Shown one piece after another: positions 49,900 to 61,640 of a stretch of 61,640 nt of DNA; within the stretch, counting starts at the first letter, position 1; the number at the start of each line of letters is the position of its first letter. Source of the stretch: Octopus bimaculoides (taxonomy: Eukaryota); assembly GCF_001194135.2 (NCBI RefSeq), contig NC_068990.1, positions 87,692,844-87,754,483 on the forward strand, read 5' to 3'. Under the pieces are notes generated by a model, which did no database searches, was not told the DNA's origin, and was given only the letters and a program-made list of their open reading frames with translations. A program made the translations under genes and the position numbers.

Positions 49900-52120
49900 C
49901 TACATTATTACTAAATACGATTAGTTTTCTTGGTCTTTCTACTTAAATCAAGGTAAATTCTTGTACTGCTTAAAAGCACAAGATAATCTTTCTGCCGATA
50001 GTATGAAGCTGTTAAACAATTATTGGAGCGAGTTGCGACCGAACTTAAACTCAACAGCTTCAACAAAAGCATCGTTTTCTCTGCTTCCAAATTGGCTGCT
50101 GAGATAACATTCCCGCTGCTCATTTTAGAGAACATTCAGAACAGTACCAGATCGACCACGAAGAGAATGGCAAAAATAAACGGACAAGTTTAGTGCCATC
50201 TCAGCACCAGTACCATTTTCATATACGTATACCACTTCATATAACCGACATGACAAAAATGATTGCAGAATAACAATTAAAATCAATTAAACCAACAGTT
50301 TGAAACTATCACTTGATAACAGATTAAGTCAGTAAAAAAAAAACTCAAACACTTCTGTGTTAAAAGTTATCGACGATATCACTGGAGACTGTATAAAAAC
50401 GTTTAATAACAACCATAAGACAATCAATATCTGCCTGTATAGAGTGACAATCATACTGGAAAATAGAAACTTCTGCAGTGTACGTGATAATGAAAGCAAT
50501 CGATTTAGACGTATAACATAATTACAATAAACTATCAACCGTTGGCGCTAGACTTCGGGCATTTAGATAGTATCAACAGGTAGGATGGTGAACAATGCAT
50601 ATTACGATAAAGCTGACCAACTCACACCCTACTGTTTAAAAATGAAAGACCTAGATGATGTAGTCAAGGATACACGATGTTTGAAAGATTGGTGGGATAT
50701 TTTGAGCTGATCCAGGCTAGATGATAACAGCAATGACATCAACGAACTCACATTAAACACAAGCTTGTCTCTAATCCATATTCTGTATATCAAGAAGGAA
50801 AAGAAATTATAACTTACTGAAAAACAAATCTTATAATTTTGGCCTAAAATCTTGAATGAAAAGGAAAATTTTCAGTAATAAAGCAGTGTAGCAAAATAAA
50901 ATCAGAAATATTTACTGCCTCACGATCTGTTGCAAACTCACACCAAAAGATCGAAAACTTTTACTAAAGCCGTGAAAATTTTGTATCAAGGAGAAGCTCC
51001 AGGAAGAGATTTAATAGTCAGGTACAAGATATTGACGCTTTGCAGAACACCAATATTTTGTATATTTCAAAAAACTATGGAAGCCGTAACTGATGCACCA
51101 GATTGGTTTCCTATAGTACAGAAAAATCTTGTAAGCCCAGAATAAAAACTTCTACTTGGCAGAAAAACAACAAAGCAGTAACTGACAGGTGGAAAGAAAG
51201 GAGTTTGGGTATGTGCCGAACAACTTCTAATTAATGTGTTGTCTGAAGTGAAAAGTCACACCGCAGAGATCTTGTGACAACATGGTTTGATTACAAAAGG
51301 CATTTGGGTTTATGCCCTATTCATGGCAGCATTTGATAAAGCTAATTGTTTTTTGGCTTACAAAACCGGTCAACCATCTTAAACCTTATAACTGAAAATA
51401 TAACGTTTGTCTCTAATGTAATAAATATATCGCACGGAAGAAATATTTCAAGGAAAGAGTATGTCTGTGCTTCTAGTTATTCTTGGCACTAAACACAGTG
51501 AAACGTCTGTTTAAAAAATCAAGTGGTTATATACTACGGTCTAAAGCAGCAAGAAACACGAATGTAACGCATGATTTCTTTGTTGACGATCTAAAGATCA
51601 ACGCTGAAAATATCTACAATGATGAGAAACATCTAGATTTAATAACATTTTCATGTGATATAGAGACGAAATGTGCTAAAAGAAAGCTTCATATGTGATA
51701 TTTTAAGGTAGGAAAACTGCTTTTAAAACCGAAAATATTGCCATCAATAGTTTTTCTATCTTTACTGTTCAACACAGTGAGTGTTACAAACGCCTAGGTG
51801 CTCACGAAAATATTTCTAAAAGAAGACATGAATAAAGAACAGACTGGTCAAAACCTTTTAAAAATAATAGTCCCGATTTTCTTTTCACAAGATGATATCC
51901 TACAATGCGATTAGGGTACTATTAATCGTACAAACATTTTAGATAATTTACTGGACTATACAGGAAATTAGCTACTTTGGTATATAAAAGCCTACGAGAT
52001 CCTAACCACTGATAACTATCCAACATCTCACCAAACCTTTGGAACACGAGAAACAAAAGATTTACCAGAAACTTATACGTATTTTAGATGAAGGGCAATT
52101 ATTTAAAACCTCCAAAGTGT
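49900..52120 (+). mobile_element. R4/Dong-clade non-LTR retrotransposon relic (N-terminus through RT)
   Basis: MKLLNNYWSELRP (N-terminal block), FWPKILNEKENF, APGRDLIV, PDWF, AEQLLIN, DLVTTWFDYK, IFQGKSMSVLL, NVTHDFFVDDLK, ECYK.LG.HENIS, IYWTIQEI; numerous stops and indels. Confidence 0.85.
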
Positions 52121-52429
52121 AGCAATTTCTGTTTCACAGAAAATGACAACCAGTAATTTATCCAGTTTATAGCCAATCCTTTTATTTCATTCACTAACTT
52201 GTACAAGTCAACGTAAGAGCCGATGAAAAGAAATTTAAAAAACGTAATTTTCGTTTATCGCTTAAATTCACAAACGCACTACTTTTATCATCCTCACGCA
52301 AACACACATGCAACACACTCGATACTTTAGAAGGTGAGCAGTAAATAATCTATAATTTATAGAAACTACAGCCTTAAAATAATCGCTCATGAAAATTTGT
52401 CCATCGATGTGGTAGTTAACTTCTGAAAC

Positions 52430-52902
52430 TTTCAACCAACTGGTCTTGGTGATGTTACTCAACAGTCTTCCACCACTATTCCCCGAACCACCTCATTCGT
52501 CTCCTCGTTTTGGCCTGTGGATAGTTTGCCTGAGCGTGCCTCGTTCGCCTTTGAGGTGCCACCATGTTTCAAGCGGTTTTGCCTATGGTATCATCGCTAA
52601 ATGCCTGCCGAATTTTCTGGATAGTTTGAGCATAGAAATCACCAAGATTTTGGCAAAACTTGATGCGATATTTCTGCTCGATATGTTCGGTCATCTTTCG
52701 TGAAAACGAAAATTTGACGAGCACACACTACATGTCTGTACTCTAGGTTTAACAGCCAGGAACTGACACAGCCTATCGGTGCGAAAGATTTCCGCTTACG
52801 CACTGTAAGGATGGTGTCACCTCCCACACAAAGTATTTTGCCCATGCGGCATTAATTTTTGTGGGAAAATATAAAGTCAGATATTTCTGAACTCACCTCG
52901 TA
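52430..52902 (-). mobile_element. Mariner transposon 5' half
   Basis: TIR CGAGGTGAGTTCAGAAATATCTGAC + TA (52901-02); ATG at 52694: MTEHIEQKYRIKFCQNLGDFYAQTIQKIRQAFSDDTIGK...HGGTSKANEARSGKLSTGQNEETNEVVRGIVVED (mariner HTH and linker). Confidence 0.88.
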
Positions 52903-54769
52903 CACAGAAAGGTGTACCAGACAGATACCTGGCAACCATAGAGCCAAATGTTGCCCAAATATTGCCAAGCTTTGGTCTTCCTGGTAGTATTCAATGAAAA
53001 ATTCTTCACTCATTGCTGCTTAGAAATAGTAATCTGTGTGAAGAACCTCCATTGATTACTCAAATTAAATTAATGAATTAATAACATTCTAAAATTTCCC
53101 AAGGGTTCCTTTTGCATAGAGAACATATAGATAAGTCAGACTACCATACTTGAAGCAGTGGGCTGAATATAAATTCTAATTTATTGAAAATACGGCTCTA
53201 ATGAGAAAAATATTAGCATTAATGGAAAATTGTTATTAGACAAATGGGACAAGGTATACAGCTAGCGAAAATTTCAACCAAGCAAATATTAATTTATGCA
53301 TAAATACATACATACATATATATATGTATATATANNNNNNNNNNNNNNNNNNNNNNNNNNNNNNNNNNNNNNNNNNNNNNNNNNNNNNNNNNNNNNNNNN
53401 NNNNNNNNNNNNNNNNNNNNNNNNNNNNNNNNNNNNNNNNNNNNNNNNNNNNNTACACGTATAAATATAAACCAAGAATAGAGTAAGCAAGTTCTTATAT
53501 TTCATTTTATTTTCATTGTTTCTTCAAGAGTCGGTCTCATAAGCATTACTATATTATTATCCATTGATATATGCAGGCATTGGTACATGCGGTGTCCTAG
53601 ACACAAAATCGAAGGTCGATTTCTCGGAATTATGCATAAAAGTCATATGTTGTGGAAACTTGTGTTAACACTAATTTATACCTGTATGGAGTTGAGTTAA
53701 GCGTATTGAAATGGTTATATTTACATACTGTAAGCCAAAGCAAAACAAAACAAAACAAACCCTATTTTGAGAGGATAGGTGAAGAAGAAGGATGAATCGA
53801 CAAAAGAAAGAATGAAAGCATACAAGAAAAGAAAAGTTTTTGTTTTTAGAGAATACAATAAATTATGGTCTTGTCATCAGCTTCCGTCTTAAAGGCACAT
53901 TATATTCTTTTTATCTGCCATTTTATAGTAGTCACTCATAAACTGACATCATAAGGGTTAGAAGATATTTACCACAGAATGCAGCGATCGCACGCACACA
54001 TTTGCCCGCATGCACAGATCCAGACAGATAAATAAGATAACTATTTCATTGGTATCAGTGGAAGTCCAACTTATCAACAAGGAATAAATTAGCTAAAAAT
54101 TAAGTAAGCTGCTGCAGGCAAATCTAACAGATATTACTTGTGCTTATATACGCAGAGATGAAAAATAAAATAAAATTAAAGCAAACATTACCCTTCCCAA
54201 TATTCACTCGAATCAACTACGTTAAATTTTCAAACACAGGGGATGGTCAGTTATAAATAAATAGTTTTCGATATCCTGGTGCATCAGCGGACACTTACGT
54301 AAAAATATAAACTGTGATTGATTGTCTTTTCTTTTTTTTTAGCAAAATTCCTTCCAAACAGATGATAAGTACTCCAAATAAATTGTTATAGAGATCCGTT
54401 TAGAAATCCTCGCAAGATAGATTTGAAATGGTAACATTAACAGTTATAATCTAGCTGGTTCAGACGCAAAATACGAAGATCGCTGCAGTGGGCGTCACAA
54501 GAAAATAACTTTCCTATTTCACGACGATAATGTGTTCAAAATACTCGACCCATTGACGCATAGGATTCTGAGTCACCGGTGTTTCGAGATCTTTTGTCTC
54601 GTCAGTCCCAACTGCCAGCGAACAAATTGTTCGCTGATTGGAGCTTCTTAATACGTCTAGGCAGATTCAGATGCAAAATATGCAGTTAATCGTTCTTGAC
54701 CTCGTTGTATAAGATGCAAGTAGAGATTTTTATGTGTCTGTGTGTCTATGTGTACATATACATATGTGA

Positions 54770-54812
<43 letters not shown>

Positions 54813-54989
54813 GTGTGTGTGTGTGCGTGTGCATTTGATTGTGTTGTGTATGTGTCTATGTGAGTGTATGTGTGCGTCTGTGTATGTGTGTGTAACAAGA
54901 TGTAAAAGGGATTTTTAAATCCAGACAAGTATCTAGAAATCACTCAGCATTAAGCGAACTTGGTTAATTATATCAAACAATCAGATACC

Positions 54990-55460
54990 AATAAATTCAA
55001 ATAGAATTAACATCCAGGGTAATTCCTCGTGCATGATAAGTAAATCCGAATATCGCTTGGAAGAATTTCAAGAAATCCGGAGTATATAAGAACATAAGAA
55101 TGGAGAAAATCACATCTTTATTTGATGATTACACTATACATTACTGACAATCGTTTAATATCAGTCAAACCAATATATCCGAAAATTATGGCAACACGAT
55201 GTTATCAAGATAGCCCAAAACAGGTTAAATTCAAAGCGAACTGAAATAATATCTATAATGCGTATGGGAATGCGACGAGGCATCTGTTTTCAATCCCGAA
55301 AAAGGAGCTTCAGAAATGCTTCCATCAATGTAAACGACGCTGGATAAAGTGAATGGCATCAGAATGGGACTATTTCAAAGGAGATTTAATACCGATCTAA
55401 TGTGTTATAATTTTCTTTTTATTGTACCAGTCCCTATAACTTTTGATCAGACTACGTGGA
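54990..55460 (+). mobile_element. Probable Tc1-like transposase C-terminal relic with right TIR
   Basis: ATRCYQDSPKQVKFK...ELK...W...LPSM*TTLDKV resembles Tc1 C-termini; end GTCCCTATAACTTTTGATCAGACTACGTG looks like a Tc1 TIR. Confidence 0.42.
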
Positions 55461-55533
55461 CAAAGAGACAGACAAACAAACAGGCAGACAGCTAGCTAGC
55501 TAGCTAGACAGACAGACAGACAGCCAGACAGAC

Positions 55534-55597
<64 letters not shown>
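55460..55597. repeat. (GACA)n-(GCTA)n-(GACA)n-(GATA)n
   Basis: Visible. Confidence 0.93.
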
Positions 55598-56224
55598 GTT
55601 CTGATACCTGATTATATAGAAACATTTGTAAGTCAGGATCTTGGTGATTTGTTATACTATGACCGACACTAAGTACCAAATATCCCAATGCACATACTTT
55701 ATATCTCACATGGATGTCTTTAAAATGTTCAATCTATCTGTAAATAGATGGCGTTATTGTAAACAGAATCGTCAGTAGTTCTGAGACGTCAACAAAGTGA
55801 TAGCTTCCAGTTACGATTTCACCCCATCTTTCAGAATTTGAGTTACAACTCTATAAATAAAAATTCTCCACCCAACACTATCAGCCATCTGTTCTTTTAG
55901 ATCTGGACTTTGGTGCTACTATAGGTTACATAAGGTAGCTGTTACGCAACATCAGATCACCTATTTCAATCATGGACCGACCATGATTGAAACAGACCAT
56001 CAGTCAGAATACAACCCTTTATCAATTTGTTATAGATACAGAGTCGATAGCTCTGCTATTAACCAGGCGATTCCTTAGAAGTGTACAGTTATTTCAAAAG
56101 AATCTTGTATTTCTTCAGATATAGGTATTTTACATACTGTACACGGCCACACATATATCCATACGTGTGTATGTGTTTGTCTGTTTGTGTTTGTTCATCT
56201 GTGTGTACGTGTGAAGCAAATAGT

Positions 56225-56390
56225 CGATTGATTAAAATGTTCGTCGCGCAATCATGAAATCTCTATTTCGAAACCATAACGTCGAATCTTGAATAAGTTC
56301 TTTTTTAACCGTAGTCACATGTTGACCCATTGTGAATAAAATTAGAGAGTGAAAGTATGTGAAAACCTGTCCACTGAACCCTACCTATAA
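56225..56390 (+). mobile_element. Old degenerate SINE family A
   Basis: TTGATTAAAATGTTCGTCGCGCAATCATG...TTCGAAACCA...ATCTTGAATAAG; sister copy at 57750-57910. Confidence 0.6.
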
Positions 56391-56639
56391 CTGAAGAATC
56401 CTTATTGGGCACACACTGTGTCATGTTAAGGGTTATGTAATGGTCAGCTGCTTGTTCAATACTCAACCACATATAATGTAGTTTAACGAGTGAATAGTTT
56501 ATCTGGTCGATAGCCTGGAAAACATACGGAAATCCATTTATACTACTAACAAACGAGTTGATAGCTGATATTTCTAACAGGATCAGCGTCCATGTAGATG
56601 TGATTTCGTTAGCTAGTATATATCACTGGTACCAATCCG

Positions 56640-57190
56640 CTTGTAAATAAGGTATGATCTGAACATAGAATGTAAGGAAACGTAGCTGAATATGGTGATG
56701 CGGTTTGTCAGGAAAGGTATTTTGTTTGAATCTAACGAATAGAATACCCATCACCGAATCCGACGGAGGATCCAGACGGGATGTGTGAATGCGTTATACG
56801 TTACTCAAGAAAAGCAGTTCCCTTAAATATTCGAGGATTTCCTCCACTTTTGAAATCCATGCAATTGATGCTCAACATTTGTAGTTTCGACATCAGTAGG
56901 TTGGCGTTTTCAGGAAGCAAAAACGAAGCTATTGAGCTAATTCTTGGATGTTTGCGTTTAGGGAAGAAATAACTGGACAAAGTGCAAGTTTGCGAAGTAA
57001 GAAACAGCTATAGATGACCAGAAGAAGGCAGTCAAGTGTATTGGTTGTATCTGACAGGGCTGGGTTGAAGTATAGTAATTTTGAAGAATAGAGGCCGTTG
57101 TATTATCGGTAGAATAGAGAGGATTATTAACATGATATCTGTCAACAAGTGATTGAAGAATGTGAATATGTCTTTGCCAATCAGCAGAGG
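56640..57190 (-). mobile_element. Possible CR1/L2-group RT relic
   Basis: IQRPLFFKITI (ILGPLLF.IYI-like), LDCLLLVI (ADDCLL-like), SSLNANIQEL; heavily decayed. Confidence 0.35.
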
Positions 57191-57663
57191 AGCTTTGTAT
57201 TTTACGCAGTCTTGTGTTTCTGTACGTAGCAGTTGTATTATTCAAGATATGTTAGCTATATACAAATGAGAGTTGCTCTTGAGCATTACAGCAACTAATC
57301 AATTGATTGTAGCTAACGTATTTTCAGGCACTGATGAAGATTGAGAAGCCCAGCCTTTGCATCAATTCAGAATGTTTAATGCTTATCGTACATAAAAAAC
57401 TGATGCCAATTTTCAGTTAGATGAGCAGTAGTATTGAGCTGACAGCTAAGTTCCTTAGGTAAGACAACATAAAAAATTGCTGGTGACAGGCAAGAAACTG
57501 GTTAGTATTTTATGAAAAGTCAACAACTTATACATGGAACTACGAGAGAGCAAAGAGAAAAAGGAAAACCTGGAGTAAACAAGAAATATATAAGTATCTT
57601 CTATATACTTGAATTTTCAATATCAGTGTGTATTTGTGTTCCTCTGTGTGTGTGTATGTGTGT

Positions 57664-57718
<55 letters not shown>

Positions 57719-57749
57719 GTATGTGTTTGTGAATCTATAAAAGTGCTGA

Positions 57750-57910
57750 TACGGACGTTTGATTAAAATATTCGCAGTGTAATCATGAGGTCTCCGATTC
57801 GAAACCACTGCGTGGAATCTTGAATAGGTTTCTTTTACCGTTGCTTCGAGTTGATCCAAAACTTGTGTAAAATTGGGTCGAAGGAAACTGTGTGGAAGCC
57901 TATCAGATGG
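57750..57910 (+). mobile_element. Old degenerate SINE family A
   Basis: TTTGATTAAAATATTCGCAGTGTAATCATGAGG...TTCGAAACCACTGCGTGGAATCTTGAATAGG...GGAAACTGTGTGGAAGCC. Confidence 0.65.
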
Positions 57911-59204
57911 ACTATGCCTGTAATTCAAAGAGCTTGATTTGTCATACACTGTCTCCAGCTTCTGTAGCATCAATCAGATGAGAAATAGTCTCCTTCAAAA
58001 GTATTTCACAGATAACCACTTTTCTACGAACAGGCATTGAATTCAGTACTACTTGGGCAACGGTTTCCTCGTCAAGTTTATACCACTGCTGCTACTACTG
58101 CATGTATCAATGAAATATATCTCTCGATAATACCTAATTGGAACTTCATGGACTCGTACTTTGGGAGAATAAGTGACTGAAACACAAATAAAATCGTATA
58201 ATGAAGTGGAATACATTATCTCCTGAAATTGTAGAGATTGTGACGAAACACTCAATCACGTCACTTCTGTCACCTATTAATGAAGAATACATCAGAAAAG
58301 GTTTCGAAAAATCACAAAAGGAACATATTTTTGGTATACTGTGATATGTCAATTCATACAAGCGAAGAGACAAATTGATCATATATATTTTTTTTTTTAA
58401 TACTCCCCACCGCAATATGAAATGCTTCCTAATCGAAATTCCAATCCCAACAGATGATAACATACTCCAAAATAAATAAGGAAATTAGATAAATTTAAAG
58501 TCTGGAAAGAGAAATAATCAGAAATAATTCCTAGGATAACAGATAACTGTTAGAAATAATTAAAAACATGCAAACTCATACATAACCAAAATCCATGCAA
58601 CATATAGAAAACAGGCAGAAAATTCTACTGTCAATCATTGATTACTTATTGCATTGAAAAGTTTCAAAATAATAGAAAAAGAAACAAAAATCTGTAAGTA
58701 TTCAAGATACATATTGCGTAGAGTGCTTGCGAATCAATAGACAAAAAAGCCACTGCATATGTTGAAGGCACAGAAAGTTGCGCTCATTTGTGCAGCAAAA
58801 GCATACAATATCCATAAAATTTGTCAGACTGATAATAATGTTAAATAAATATGTTAAAGATAAACACTTAATTTCATATTGCCTCAGTTTTCTACAGTAA
58901 CAGAGATGTGGTATGGGATCTGACAGCATCGCTTGTCGTAGACTGTCATGCACCATGTGGTATCTGTTTAGAGCTAAGAAAACTGTACATAACTGTGTTA
59001 CTTATTTAGAGATAAGTAAAGTGTACATCAATCTGAAACGTGTATAAAACTGAAGAGGAATTGGCACTTATGAGTTAAGTGACTTGGCTAAGATACAATA
59101 TGGTACTTTTTACGACTGATTGCTACTTGTCTTGTACCATATCGACTCCATATATGTATATACATTTGCATAAATATGTTTGTGTATATACCTTATGTAT
59201 ATAT

Positions 59205-59247
59205 GTGTGTGAATGTGTGTTTGTGTTTAGATGTGTGTATGTGTGTG

Positions 59248-59343
<96 letters not shown>
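59205..59343. repeat. (GT)n microsatellite
   Basis: Visible. Confidence 0.97.
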
Positions 59344-59344
<1 letters not shown>

Positions 59345-59593
59345 TCAACAATATAATTGGTAAACCCTGAGTTGGTTGTCAGTTCTTACAACGGCAAACC
59401 AACAACTACAAATTACAATTACAACAGCGAAGAGCATTGTGTAGATTTATTGTTTATTCTTTCGTTTTCTTTCCTTGTAATATGATTGTGTTTAATATGT
59501 CAATATAGCCAGTAAATAAGTCTCTTCAGCAAACAGTTTTTAGTGCCCATTTCGTTTTATTCAGTGTCGATCGTTTTGACGCCTTTTAGAACA

Positions 59594-59604
59594 AAGATGG
59601 CGGC
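59594..59604 (+). promoter_or_regulatory. YY1-type motif AAGATGGCGGC in a CpG-rich patch; candidate TSS-proximal element
   Basis: Exact match to the YY1 consensus core within ...GACGCCTTTTAGAACAAAGATGGCGGCCGCTATCGG...; unique CpG-rich context in an AT-rich window. Confidence 0.4.
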
Positions 59605-61265
59605 CGCTATCGGCTGGTGAATCGACCGTATAATATGAGGGAAAGAAAAAACACCGAAGAGAAAAATCTAGAATGAGAATGAATGAATGAATGCGAGAGA
59701 AGTGGTGGAGATCTAACTACTTGATCAATTCAATGGCCTACATTTAACGATGTAAGCTTTTGTTGATATTGTTGTTGTTCTTTCCGCTTGTATATGTTTT
59801 GTTAGTTTTTTTTTGTTTTCTTTCTGTTTTTCTTCCAGAAGGTAAAAAATATATTCAAAATAAAATTAATAACTAAATATCAAAGAAATAGAAAGTATAT
59901 TTTTTACATCGATATTTTCAATGCATACGTACATATGTACGTATGCATGTATGTATGTATGCATGTATGTATGCATGTATGTATGTATGTATGCATATGT
60001 ATGTATGTTTATGTATGTATATGTGTGTGTGCTTGCGTGTCTATGTGTATATATGCACATAACTATATGCATAGATATATATACATATATATATATATAT
60101 AAATGTGTGTGTGAGCGTCTGTACACTCATATATATTTNNNNNNNNNNNNNNNNNNNNNNNNNNNNNNNNNNNNNNNNNNNNNNNNNNNNNNNNNNNNNN
60201 NNNNNNNNNNNNNNNNNNNNNNNNNNNNNNNNNNNNNNNNNNNNNNNNNNNNNNNNNNNNNNNNNNNNNNNNNNNNNNNNNNNNNNNNNNNNNNNNNNNN
60301 NNNNATATATATATATATATATAAATGTGTGTGTGAGCGTCTGTACACTCATATATATTTATTCCTTTATGTATTATATACTAAGGGTAATAAATTCAAG
60401 TATAATAAAATGATATTTTCGATTTAAGACTTGTAAAGTAACAAACACAACAAAAGAAGTTGGACACAATACTATAGAGAATTAACAATTACGTATTTAT
60501 TTTAAAGATGCAAGACTAACATGGAATATGTGCGTATGTGAGTATGTTTGTACGTTTGTGTGTGCACGTGTGTATGTATGTGTGTGTATGTATTTCGTTA
60601 CAACGGTACAGCTATAGTCAGGTTCCAAATCAAATTATATTTGCCGATTTGCTTTACATTCATCATAATCTCCATGGGGGTCCTTATTTGATCATACTTT
60701 TCCTCCACTTCTACATTCTTCTCCTATTTATGCCTACCCTAACTTTTTATTATTATTATTATTATTATCATTATTATTATTATTATTATTATTAACTTTT
60801 TATGCTGAAACGAACAAATGCCTCTGAGTGAGTTCTACGAAGAAAGTAATTACCGGATTACCTTATTAAAAAAAATATGCTTTGTTGTTGCTGTTGTTTG
60901 AATTTTCCTAACCGAAGGCTTTCGTATTGTTTGAGGGGCCACCCCGTTATTTCAAGTTGCAGGAAAAAAAATTTTCTTTATACATTTTAACTGTTTGCAT
61001 ATGTTTTTTGCAAGCAGCCATATTTTCATATTTTCAGTATTTACACACTTTGCAAGACGATCGCATCAGATGTACAAGGATAAGATTCTCACTACAATAA
61101 AGACAATGGGGACCTCAAGATTGACGCTCTAAAATTTTTTATATGAATGAAAAGAATTAAAAAGAAAAGAAGGTAGTGAAAATACCAAACTTGTCAATAT
61201 ATAGAGATATCTATACGCTTGTACATATGAGTTTATCTTCTGAATATATTAGTCATAGTACATAG

Positions 61266-61266
<1 letters not shown>

Positions 61267-61317
<51 letters not shown>
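61267..61317. repeat. (TATC)n microsatellite
   Basis: Visible. Confidence 0.95.
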
Positions 61318-61640
61318 ATCATGGACGGACGGTAGACACATCGGCTCCCATGTAAGTTGCATTTTTCACCTCTTAAAAGACCTATTTTGTTTTAAAATTT
61401 TGTATAAGTTGTGTATAACACAAAATACTTCGTGAACATATATTTTTCAAATCGGAAATAGCTCTATTTAGAGGCTTATTTCCAAAAATTCAAACATATC
61501 TTCCTCGTTCCTAGCCATATTCTTTAAAACGAATATGGCTAAGGTTTTCAACGAGGCTGACTTCCCGCTCCTAATGCCAGAGGCGAAAACACTTAATGCC
61601 GTTCCGCATGAACGCAGACAAGTGATGAAGAAGAGCAATG

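Noticed and set aside
54400-54720. Mariner-like FHDDN motif
   Set aside because: Only a single short motif; YSPDL and TIRs are not recognisable.
58100-58260. RIMKWNTLSPEIV as a CR1 3' end
   Set aside because: One short motif only; cannot be distinguished from chance without an HMM search.

Overview
AT-rich, microsatellite-saturated eukaryotic non-coding DNA with 14 N gaps (about 4.5 kb in total). The tRNA-derived SINE families and repeat style point to a coleoid cephalopod, most likely Octopus; this is inference from recognising the repeats. I cannot support any intact host gene, true tRNA/rRNA gene or CRISPR array, and the long ORFs in the track are microsatellite or N-gap artefacts. The real coding signal is decayed transposon sequence: four R4/Dong-clade non-LTR pieces (one spanning RT, zinc knuckle and restriction-like endonuclease), two Penelope-like RT fragments, RTE, CR1/L2-group and probable L1/Tx1 fragments, two mariner relics, a probable Tc1 relic, and a deleted Helitron (5' end plus PIF1 helicase fragment). 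Several recurring SINE families are interspersed. The best leads are a YY1-type promoter motif followed by a possible 87-nt intron and 3-nt microexon or AG|GT site (59.6-59.85 kb), a hammerhead-ribozyme-like motif (37.5 kb), a CpG-rich unique island (22.2 kb), (TAA)n at the R4/Dong junctions, and apparently perfected palindromes inside repeats. TE boundaries are approximate and family names come from motif recognition, not database searches.
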